Positions 21,187 to 29,167 of a DNA stretch of 64,000 nucleotides are shown in pieces (within the stretch, counting starts at the first letter, position 1; every line of letters begins with the position of its first letter). The stretch lies in the NCBI GenBank assembly GCA_965222075.1, contig OZ244937.1:1120001-1184000 (forward strand), written 5' to 3'. The translations under genes and the position numbers were made by a program. The notes under the pieces are model-generated. The model saw only the letters and a program-made list of their open reading frames with translations, did no database searches and had not been told where the DNA came from. This DNA is from Candidatus Latescibacterota bacterium. Lineage in GTDB: Bacteria > Latescibacterota > UBA2968 > GCA-2709665.

Positions 21187-22050
21187 ATGAGGCGCGCAAT
21201 CAAAGACCTGTGTCAATTCGATGATGACCGGTTCTTCAAGGAAGTGGAGGAGGGTATCTCACGCATTCTTGAAAATGTCGAGCGCCTTGACGCTGCGGCC
21301 CATAAACTCAGCGCCGGAAACGACAACCAATCGGCACAAATCCTCGGTGGCCTAGCCAAGGAAGAGGCGGCGAAAGTATTTGTTCTCCTTGACGTCGTGC
21401 GCTGTCCTTCAGACAAACCCAAAAAAAGAGCTCGAACGCTTGGATACTTCTACAACCATCTTGCGAAGGGCATCTATGCGGCGCTGTGTAGTTGGAGTCT
21501 GGCCAACTTTGATGAAGTCATACAACAAGTAGACCAAGAACGTGAACGTTTCTACTTGGACGGTCCAAGCAATTTTGATTGGATCTTCCCAAATCAGATC
21601 ACAATCCTGCGAGAAATTATCCATTACGTCGACTACGTATGCGACGACACCGAAGAAACAGAAACCAGTCCAGGCGAGCGATATTGGCAGTCGCCGTCAG
21701 CTGTGTCAATTGTAAGATACCATACACCTAGAATCATTTGTCTGGCTAAAGCACTACATCGGATCAATGCCACTTCGGCCGGGGGATTGTCCGTTATTGC
21801 TCGGATCTGGCGGGAATTCGAGCCGAGACGGGAAACGAGTACTTATGATTTAATGAAATTGAACGCCCTTACCGTTAAGACGTTGGAGGACCAGAACCTG
21901 TTCGTCACTGACGGGCAGGAGGACCGTTCGCTGATCTGCGAACGTTGGATGTTTCCGCTCTGGCCTCTGGACCTGCGGATAAAGGACATAGAAAAAGCCG
22001 ATCTACTTCAGATCCGAGAAGACCGGTTGCGCGGGTTGGGCTACTCATAA
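21187..22050 (+). CDS. AbiV-like (HEPN superfamily) putative abortive-infection protein
   Basis: N..RL...A..L, LAKEEAAK, FYNHLAK and RERFYLD patterns typical of the AbiV family; SD ggaggt. Confidence 0.65.
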   Translation: MRRAIKDLCQFDDDRFFKEVEEGISRILENVERLDAAAHKLSAGNDNQSAQILGGLAKEEAAKVFVLLDVVRCPSDKPKKRARTLGYFYNHLAKGIYAALCSWSLANFDEVIQQVDQERERFYLDGPSNFDWIFPNQITILREIIHYVDYVCDDTEETETSPGERYWQSPSAVSIVRYHTPRIICLAKALHRINATSAGGLSVIARIWREFEPRRETSTYDLMKLNALTVKTLEDQNLFVTDGQEDRSLICERWMFPLWPLDLRIKDIEKADLLQIREDRLRGLGYS

Positions 22051-22320
22051 GGAGATCGGGATCGGCCGCTGGGAAAACCAACCGTGAGGATGAAATAAAA
22101 TGGGTGTAACTCACCCTACAAAATATTCTAACATATTGAAGAGTTTGGAGTTATATCTGAAAAACAGTATTTTCTCTTCATCAGGATGTGAAAAATACCT
22201 GTATTCTGATAACCCTCTCTGCTAAAATGCGTTATCGAGCAGATGAAATCTCCCTTTTCTCAAATCTTGGGGAATACGTTGCCTAAGAGTTCCATAAACC
22301 CTATCGTGGAGGTTGCCAGC

Positions 22321-22560
22321 ATGACTTGGGAAGATGCTATACTTGAGGCTTTAGGCAGCAGTGGAGGTAGATCTATGGACTTACCGAATATATACGCATT
22401 CGTAGAAAAGTGCCCATTTATAACAGAGCATCATCTCGAGATCGATAAGCACGGGCAAGCCCGTTACAAGCATGCGGTTCGATCAATACTGACAAATCTG
22501 AAAGAAGCCGGGATAGTAGAACAGCCCAGTAGAGGCCTGTATAGATTGGTGAAAAAGTGA
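22321..22560 (+). CDS. Small winged-helix protein (Mrr N-terminal-like)
   Basis: 79 aa: WEDAILEAL...GG...IY....ARYKHAVRSILTNLKEAGIVEQPSRGLYRL; SD ggagg. Confidence 0.6.
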   Translation: MTWEDAILEALGSSGGRSMDLPNIYAFVEKCPFITEHHLEIDKHGQARYKHAVRSILTNLKEAGIVEQPSRGLYRLVKK

Positions 22561-22591
22561 AACATAGATAAATTGCCGACGGAAGTGTTCC

Positions 22592-23548
22592 GTGAAAAAG
22601 TACGTTGTAATCTATTTGGACATACTCGGCTTTAAATGGTTCTTGAATAAGGATTCAGGCGCTGCCTTGGGAATACTCAATGACTTCCACGGAGTACTGG
22701 GGACCCGCCGACAACTTGAACATTTGGATTTACCATTCGGCAGGCCGAGAGGGCCAGTGAAAAGCCTCGCCGAGCGAAATGCATCAGACAGTTTTAGCTA
22801 TTTCCTTCCCATGAGCGACTCGGTATTCATTCTTTCTGAAGAGCCAGACAAAGTAGCTGAGCAACTGTCGACACTCTTATCAAAAATCTTTCTCCTTAGC
22901 GGCGGTGCCTATAGTACGCCTGATTGCCCTAATGTGCTCAATCAGCGCATTGCAAATGTGCATGTAAATGAATATGGAGAAGTAGAAAGGAACTATTGCT
23001 GGGAGAAATGGTACCCAGTTCTATTTAGAGGTGGGATATCCTATGGAGACGTAGAAGTAGTTCAAACTCCGGCGATCTGTAATGGGCAGGAGATCACAGT
23101 TCCCAATGTGATTGGACAAGGGGTGGTTCAAGCAGTTGGTCTTGAGCAGAGAGGATTGAAAGGACCTCGGATCCTCTGTGACTGTGAATTCGTAGACCAA
23201 CTAAGAGGACCAGCTACCAGATACCTCCGAAGAGAGGGAGACGCATGGGAGCTACTGTGGCCGGGTTACAATTACTTTGAAGGCAACGATGAAAGGAGTG
23301 AACGCTACAACCTTGACCATCTCTTCGGTCCCGCTTTGGCTCTCTGGGGATACTTTTCTGGAAAACTGCCCGAGAAGCACTATCAGGCATTCCTCGAACT
23401 CATAGTGCGGTCGCATCTCGCATTTGCGGAATGTGCATCCGACCCTGAGCTTGTCAATGAATATCTGCATCAAAAACTCGATGAAGCTGAACTCGAACTG
23501 TATGCTTCAGTCAGAAACTCCCAGCTCATATTCCCGAATACAAAATAG
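22592..23548 (+). CDS. Stand-alone class III nucleotide cyclase-like protein
   Basis: YLDILGFK, MSDSV, LFRGGISYGD, GQGVVQAVGLE, GPRIL match the AC/GC fold motif order. Confidence 0.6.
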   Translation: MKKYVVIYLDILGFKWFLNKDSGAALGILNDFHGVLGTRRQLEHLDLPFGRPRGPVKSLAERNASDSFSYFLPMSDSVFILSEEPDKVAEQLSTLLSKIFLLSGGAYSTPDCPNVLNQRIANVHVNEYGEVERNYCWEKWYPVLFRGGISYGDVEVVQTPAICNGQEITVPNVIGQGVVQAVGLEQRGLKGPRILCDCEFVDQLRGPATRYLRREGDAWELLWPGYNYFEGNDERSERYNLDHLFGPALALWGYFSGKLPEKHYQAFLELIVRSHLAFAECASDPELVNEYLHQKLDEAELELYASVRNSQLIFPNTK

Positions 23549-23562
23549 AAGGAGGAGGAGCA

Positions 23563-26500
23563 GTGGTGAGGGATAATCCTGTGACCCCCAAAGCCATCTT
23601 TTCAAAGTATTTAAAGAACCTCGCCGATGTGGCTCGGCAGGGCGACGCCCGGGAGGAGAGTTTCTACCCGGCGCTGGCGAATATGCTGGATGAAGTGACC
23701 GACGCGACCGGGAGGGCGCACGTACACGTGACCACGCTTCCCAGGCCCACCGAGGGCGGAAACCCCGATTTTCGTCTCTGGAACGGCACCGACCGCATCA
23801 TCGGCTACATTGAGGCCAAGAAACCGACTGAAGGGCGGCTGGATAGTATCGAGAACTCCGAACAGCTCGAACGCTACCGCTCGACGTTCCCGAATCTCCT
23901 CCTCACCAACTTCCTCGAGTTCCGCCTGTACCGGAACGGCGAGCGCGTCGAGACGGTCCTGGCGGGTCGGCCCCTGGTGCTCAACAAGCTGCACACCACG
24001 CCGCCGCTTGAAAATCAAGATGAACTCTACGCCCTTCTTGATCGCTTCCTGAATTTTGCACTGCCCCAGACTTTCACCGCGGAATCCCTCGCCGTCGAAC
24101 TGGCCAGGCGCACGCGCCTCCTCCGCGATGTGATTGGCGAGCAGTTTCAACAGAAACAGGACGCAGACAGAATGCTCTCCGGGTTCTTCGAGGCCTTTCA
24201 GACGTACCTGATCGGCTCGCTGACGCCGGAAGATTTCGCCGATTTGTTCGCGCAGACCATTACGTACGGCCTATTCGCCGCTCGCACCAGGGCGGGGGAC
24301 GGCTTCAACCGGCGCGCCGCTTTCAACAATATTCCCCACACCATCGGCGTCTTGCGCGACCTGTTCCGCTACATCTCGCTTGAGGATTTTCCGGACCCGC
24401 TCGCCTGGTGTGTGGACGATATCGCTGAGGTTCTGGCCGTGGCCGATGCGCCGGGTATTCTCAACGACTATTACCGGGAGGGCAAGGGCAGCGATCCGAT
24501 CGTGCATTTCTATGAGACCTTCCTGGCGCAATACGATCCCGACGAGCGCGAACGTCGGGGGGTTTACTACACGCCCGAACCGGTGGTCGGGTACATTGTT
24601 CGATCCCTGCACGGCCTGCTCAAGACCGAGTTCGGCAAGAGCGACGGTCTCGCCTCCGACGGCGTGACCCTGCTCGATCCGGCGGCAGGTACCATGACCT
24701 TTGTGGCTCGTGCTGCCCAACAGGCTGTTGCCGAGTTCGAGGCCAGGTACGGCAGCGGCGGCAGGGGAGACTTCATCCGCCACCATGTGCTCAGGAACTT
24801 CTACGCCCTCGAGCTGATGATGGCGCCTTATGCGGTCGGCCACCTCAAGATGAGCTTTTTTCTGGAAGAACTCGGCCACCGCCTCGCCGACGACGAGCGC
24901 GTGCCCTTCTATCTCACCAATACCCTCGATTGGGAGGAACTGGAACAAAGCCGTCTCCCCGGCCTATCCGCCCTGGCCGAGGAATCCCGCCTGGCCGGTG
25001 AGGTCAAGAAGCAGACCCCGATCCTGCTCATCCTGGGCAATCCGCCCTATTCAGGCCATTCGAGCAACAAGGGCAAGTGGATACGGGGATTGATTGACGA
25101 GTACAAGCAGGTGGATGGAAAGCCGCTGGGTGAGAAAAACCCGAAATGGCTTCAGGATGACTATGTCAAGTTCCTCCGTTTTGCCCAGTGGAAGATCGCG
25201 CAGGCCGGGAGGGGTGTCGTCGGCATGATCACCAACCACAGCTACCTCGATAACCCCACCTTTCGTGGCATGCGCCAGAGTCTGATGCGCACCTTCGACG
25301 ATATCTATATCCTTGACCTGCACGGCAATTCACTGAAGAAGGAAACCTGCTCCGACGGAAGTCCCGACAAGAACGTCTTCGATATCCGGCAGGGCGTGGC
25401 CATCGCTTTTTTCATCAAGCGCGGCAGCGACCGACACACGGAAGCTGCTGTTCACCATGCCGAACGATACGGAGCACGTGCGAGCAAGTATGATTGGCTG
25501 GACGCCCATGACCACAGTAGCACCGAATGGCGAAATTTAAACCCGGTCTCGCCGTTCTATCTGTTCGTGCCCCACGACGAGGCGCTCGAAGCCGGGTATC
25601 GCCGGTTCATTTCCATTACCGAGGTCTTCCCTGTCAACAGTGTCGGCATCGTGACCGCGCGCGACGGCCTGACGATTCGCTGGTCAAACCAAGAGGCGTG
25701 GGATACGGTGCGCGCTTTTTCCGGGATGGACCCGGAACTGGCGAGGCAGACGTACGAACTCGGCAAGGATGCGCGAGACTGGAAAGTGACGATGGCGCAG
25801 AAGGACTTGCGCGAGTCCGGCCTCACTCGCGAGAATATCGTCCCGATCCTCTACCGGCCCTTTGACATACGCTACACCTATTACACCGGCCGATCACGTG
25901 GTTTCATCTGTATGCCCCGCCCAGACGTCATGCGCCACATGCTGGCCGGGGAGAATCTGGCGCTGATGATGCCGAAGCGTGTCGAACATGTGGGAATCTG
26001 GCAACACGCTTTCATTACAGCTTCCATTTCCGAGCATGTTGTCGTTTCGCTCAAGACCATTGATTATCATTTCCCTCTCTACATCTATCCCACAGCCGAC
26101 CGCAGCGACCTCTTCGCTCACCTTGAACCATCAGACCGGCAATCGAACCTGAACCCAGAACTGGTCGAGCGCTTGACGGAGGCGCATGGTCGAGCGCCCT
26201 CACCCGAAGAAATTTTCCACTATATCTACGCCACTCTGTATGCCCCGACCTACCGCGAGAAGTACGCCGAGTTCCTGCGGATGGATTTTCCGCGCGTTCC
26301 GTTCACAGCAGACAGGGAGTTGTTCGCCAAACTTGCCGCCCTGGGCGCACGGTTGGCCGATCTGCATCTGCTCACGTCGCCCGAACTCGACCCGCCGACC
26401 TGCCGGTTTGATGGTGAAGGCGACGCAGTCGTGGCTCGGACGAAGGCAAAGGGCTTTCGCTATGACCCCGACGCGCAACGTATGTACGTCAACAAGACGC

Positions 26501-26727
26501 AGTATTTCGGCCCTATCCCCGCGGAGGTCTACGAATACCGGATCGGCGGTTATCAGGTCTGTGACAAGTGGTTGAAGGATCGGAAGGAACGCCGCCTGGA
26601 ACTTGACGATATCCGCACCTACTGCCGGATGGTAACGGCCATTGGGATCACGCGCACCATTCAGCAAGAGCTTGACATGGTTTATGCCGACGTAGAAGAT
26701 AACAGTGTACAAGTTGGGGCCAAATAA
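23563..26727 (+). CDS. Single-chain restriction-modification enzyme (type IIG, type ISP-like C-terminal specificity domain), N6-adenine MTase
   Basis: N-terminal PDF...GYIEAK nuclease motif; GVYYTP, LDPAAGT (motif I), GNPPY (motif IV), YRPFD, IGGYQV..KWLK; no helicase motifs. Confidence 0.88.
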   Translation: MVRDNPVTPKAIFSKYLKNLADVARQGDAREESFYPALANMLDEVTDATGRAHVHVTTLPRPTEGGNPDFRLWNGTDRIIGYIEAKKPTEGRLDSIENSEQLERYRSTFPNLLLTNFLEFRLYRNGERVETVLAGRPLVLNKLHTTPPLENQDELYALLDRFLNFALPQTFTAESLAVELARRTRLLRDVIGEQFQQKQDADRMLSGFFEAFQTYLIGSLTPEDFADLFAQTITYGLFAARTRAGDGFNRRAAFNNIPHTIGVLRDLFRYISLEDFPDPLAWCVDDIAEVLAVADAPGILNDYYREGKGSDPIVHFYETFLAQYDPDERERRGVYYTPEPVVGYIVRSLHGLLKTEFGKSDGLASDGVTLLDPAAGTMTFVARAAQQAVAEFEARYGSGGRGDFIRHHVLRNFYALELMMAPYAVGHLKMSFFLEELGHRLADDERVPFYLTNTLDWEELEQSRLPGLSALAEESRLAGEVKKQTPILLILGNPPYSGHSSNKGKWIRGLIDEYKQVDGKPLGEKNPKWLQDDYVKFLRFAQWKIAQAGRGVVGMITNHSYLDNPTFRGMRQSLMRTFDDIYILDLHGNSLKKETCSDGSPDKNVFDIRQGVAIAFFIKRGSDRHTEAAVHHAERYGARASKYDWLDAHDHSSTEWRNLNPVSPFYLFVPHDEALEAGYRRFISITEVFPVNSVGIVTARDGLTIRWSNQEAWDTVRAFSGMDPELARQTYELGKDARDWKVTMAQKDLRESGLTRENIVPILYRPFDIRYTYYTGRSRGFICMPRPDVMRHMLAGENLALMMPKRVEHVGIWQHAFITASISEHVVVSLKTIDYHFPLYIYPTADRSDLFAHLEPSDRQSNLNPELVERLTEAHGRAPSPEEIFHYIYATLYAPTYREKYAEFLRMDFPRVPFTADRELFAKLAALGARLADLHLLTSPELDPPTCRFDGEGDAVVARTKAKGFRYDPDAQRMYVNKTQYFGPIPAEVYEYRIGGYQVCDKWLKDRKERRLELDDIRTYCRMVTAIGITRTIQQELDMVYADVEDNSVQVGAK

Positions 26728-26869
26728 CCGCGGAGAGCATCGGATCAATTGCTCGCTGCACTCCTGATTTGCCAGTGGCGCGGCGTTGAACGAACAGGAG
26801 CCTGACATGACTAAGACCGTGATTCTTGAGACGCATGTCCTTTACGACATAGGCTTGAATCGAGTCAGT

Positions 26870-27093
26870 ACAGTATGTCAATCGGTAGGTTGTCGGTAGG
26901 TTGGTTGATTCATGACGGAGAACGGGCGAAGGTTGTTGCCCCACACATGTCTAAAGAAACTGCCGGAGTGCCGATTCAGGGGAATGGTCTTATGACAATT
27001 CCATCAAAATCAATACTCCGGCTTAAGGCGCTTACGCTTACTTCCGTTTCTTGCTCGGTGCCTGAGTCAGAGCAGACCCTGCAAGTTTCTTAG
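26870..27093 (+). pseudogene. Fragment of small hypothetical gene, frameshifted by an 11-bp tandem duplication
   Basis: tcggtaggttg duplicated at 26882-26903; removing one copy gives VCQSVGWLIHDGERAKVVAPH...GLMTIP. Confidence 0.4.
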
Positions 27094-27190
27094 CTTGGCT
27101 GGGTGTGGCTCTTCCTTTTTTGAGCACCTTGCCAGCGATAGAAGCAACCTTTTTTGAAGTCCGTTCGTTGCGTCCTCGCCTTTTTGCCAT
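27038..27190 (-). CDS. Small highly basic protein (50 aa; not in ORF track)
   Basis: MAKRRGRNERTSKKVASIAGKVLKKGRATPSQAKKLAGSALTQAPSKKRK*; GGAGGTG SD and a -35/-10 pair upstream. Confidence 0.65.
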   Translation of the reverse strand: MAKRRGRNERTSKKVASIAGKVLKKGRATPSQAKKLAGSALTQAPSKKRK

Positions 27191-27247
27191 TTGCATTCAC
27201 CTCCTTCCATCGAATAGTGACTGCTATGGTTACATCTCAATTGTGAT

Positions 27248-27304
27248 GATCAATATCTTGTGGCGAACCCTGCTAAACATACCTAATATTGTGTCTAATA
27301 TCAA
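27248..27304 (-). promoter_or_regulatory. Sigma70-like promoter (TTGATA-17-TATGTT) overlapped by two NrdR-box-like 16-mers 31 bp apart
   Basis: gatcaatatcttgtgg (27248) and atacctaatattgtgt (27279) versus consensus acaCwAtATaTwGtgt. Confidence 0.45.
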
Positions 27305-27454
27305 GGGGAGCAGGATGTGACTTTGGGTTATAATCCCCATTAAATGATTACCATAGCGTTTATCAAGGAGGAGGCCAGTGATGGCACGTAGAGGTCGTGG
27401 AGGTAAGAGGTTGACAGTTGTTATCAGCCTACTAAGGCGGAGTTGGAGATGGAC

Positions 27455-27592
27455 ATGAGTTTGCCGGATGGGGTAACGTTGGAGGAGTTAGATGAGCGGG
27501 CGTCTATTTTGGCGAAGGCATTGATGGGGGCTAAGCCGGAGACGCAAGAGATGTTGAAAGAGCGGCGGAGGGACGGGCAGGCGGGTGCTTAG
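27455..27592 (+). CDS. Small hypothetical protein (45 aa)
   Basis: MSLPDGVTLEELDERASILAKALMGAKPETQEMLKERRRDGQAGA*; ggag SD; 3' part is duplicated downstream. Confidence 0.4.
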   Translation: MSLPDGVTLEELDERASILAKALMGAKPETQEMLKERRRDGQAGA

Positions 27593-27696
27593 CTAAGACA
27601 GCTAAGATTTACAGGAAGCGGATTTCAAGTATTCTGAAGTCTCTTTTATGTCAAGCTAACGAACGGGATTTCAAATGAGGCACTACCGAAAATGAC

Positions 27697-27722
27697 AAAG
27701 GCTCCCCGAAGGGAGCCTTTTG
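27697..27722. terminator. Rho-independent terminator (possibly bidirectional)
   Basis: aaaggctccc-cgaa-gggagccttttt. Confidence 0.7.
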
Positions 27723-27749
27723 AAAGGATTGTATTTGCGATTCTATTTC

Positions 27750-28142
27750 TTAATTAGGAGTTTTTCTTCCCTCGTTAATCTTTTCTTCCAATGCCTTCAA
27801 CGACAGCCGGCCTTCTTGGTCCAGTTCTGCCGCTGCTTTTAGAGCACGTTCTGTTCCTTCTTGGCGTCCTTTTTGGATTCTTTTTTCTGACAGATAATCA
27901 GCGAGAACTCCCATGACAGTTCCTCCTTCAAAGAGAACAAAGGTTAGAACGATTGAGGAGATACCAATTTTCCCTGAATATTCAAAGAGTCTAAATATAA
28001 ATTTAATGATCCACACACCCTCAAGGCTTGTGGTCTCATAGCAGAATGAAAGAATTACTCCAAGAACAAACAAGGCCAAGAATACGAGGATGAACAAGGG
28101 TCTATGCTGAACCTTGACGCTCCAGATGGATTCTCGTTCCAT
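27750..28142 (-). CDS. Hypothetical 2-TM membrane protein with charged KGRQEG tail
   Basis: MERESIWSV..., two hydrophobic segments; AT-rich promoter TTGACG-17-TATATT upstream; terminator downstream. Confidence 0.65.
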   Translation of the reverse strand: MERESIWSVKVQHRPLFILVFLALFVLGVILSFCYETTSLEGVWIIKFIFRLFEYSGKIGISSIVLTFVLFEGGTVMGVLADYLSEKRIQKGRQEGTERALKAAAELDQEGRLSLKALEEKINEGRKTPN

Positions 28143-28390
28143 CTTGCCTTTCGGGAGAAAGGGTCCAAGGGTTGAGGACTTTCTTGGCCTGTCTGTTGAC
28201 TTTTTGGCAGTAATGTATAGTGTATTATAGTGTATATAATATATACAAAATATATCCGTTATATGTTGTAACGTCAAGTATTAAATTGATAGTGTGTGGG
28301 CTAAGCCGGAGACGCATGAGATGTTGAAAGAGCGGCGGAGGGACGGGCAGGCGGGTGCTTAGCCAAGTATATAAGCCCCTTTCGGAAAGT

Positions 28391-28492
28391 GGCGGCGGGA
28401 CGAAGAAGCGTCAAGCCCGTGACATCGCAAAGGCTCAGATCCGCTGGAAAGCGTACAAACAGGAGAAACGAAATGCCCGTAAGAGAACATAA
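28391..28492 (+). pseudogene. C-terminal remnant of RelE/HigB-type addiction-module toxin
   Basis: GGGTKKRQARDIAKAQIRWKAYKQE resembles the 'GGDKxTQxxDIxxA..W..Y' toxin C-terminus; overlaps antitoxin start; 5' part absent. Confidence 0.65.
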
Positions 28493-28757
28493 GGTCAGCG
28501 ACTACCTCAAAACGCCCGAGGACGCCGCCGCCTATCTGAATGCGGCGATCGAGGAAATGGGCGACGACCCGCGCTTGCTCATGAAGGCGTTTCGCAACGT
28601 TGCCGAGGCGCGGGGTGGTGTGTCCGCGCTTGCGCGCCGAGCCAAGTTGGATCGAGTGGCCCTCTCCCGAGCTCTGTCTGGCCGGCGAAATCCACGGCTC
28701 GATACGCTCGCAAAAGTGTCCGCCGCTTGCGGCGTCAAGCTCCGTTTCTCGGCGTAA
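28473..28757 (+). CDS. Addiction-module antidote protein (HI1420-like HTH antitoxin)
   Basis: DYLKTPE..AAYLNAA...VAEARGG...LAR.......L.RALS...NPRLDTL. Confidence 0.85.
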   Translation: MPVREHKVSDYLKTPEDAAAYLNAAIEEMGDDPRLLMKAFRNVAEARGGVSALARRAKLDRVALSRALSGRRNPRLDTLAKVSAACGVKLRFSA

Positions 28758-28769
28758 GAGAGAATAGCC

Positions 28770-29005
28770 ATGACAACATCCAGGGCCCGCGGAAGGCCGG
28801 ACCTTGCTTGATCTCGGCCCGTTCGAGGTAGGTCTTGAGTGCCCGCATCGTCGTCGGGCCGAGATCGCCCCCGTGCCGCCGCATTCGCCGACGAGTGGCG
28901 GGACGCGTCCCCTTGACGCCGACGCAAGAAGACTTCACCTTTGCGCAGTCGATACACACTGCTGGGAGAGAACCCCACTACATCTTCATCCAGCATCATA
29001 AAACG
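28770..29005 (-). mobile_element. Degraded mobile-element debris (tyrosine-recombinase-like and IS3/IS481-like transposase scraps)
   Basis: Peptides RALKTYLERAEIKQGPAFR and FMMLDEDVVGFSPSSVYRL on minus strand. Confidence 0.4.
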
Positions 29006-29167
29006 CAATCGGCAATACCCCTCCCCAGAGTCAACCCCAAGTATTCCAACCCATTATTTTACAAATGTTAAGAGCAACCTGGTCGCTGCTGAAGGTGACA
29101 AGAAAAAAATGTATTGCGTAACGCAACACAATGCATTACCTTTTGGTGCAGAAAGGGAAGCGGTACG

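Larger units (their letters stand above)
27528..28363. repeat. 66-bp direct repeat pair (27528-27593 and 28298-28363; 1 mismatch)
   Basis: gggctaagccggagacgc(a/t)...gggcaggcgggtgcttagc seen twice. Confidence 0.92.

Noticed and set aside
22592-23548. Calling this a canonical Pycsar or CBASS system
   Set aside because: No cNMP-binding TIR/TM effector or CD-NTase motifs nearby; kept only as a cyclase-like candidate
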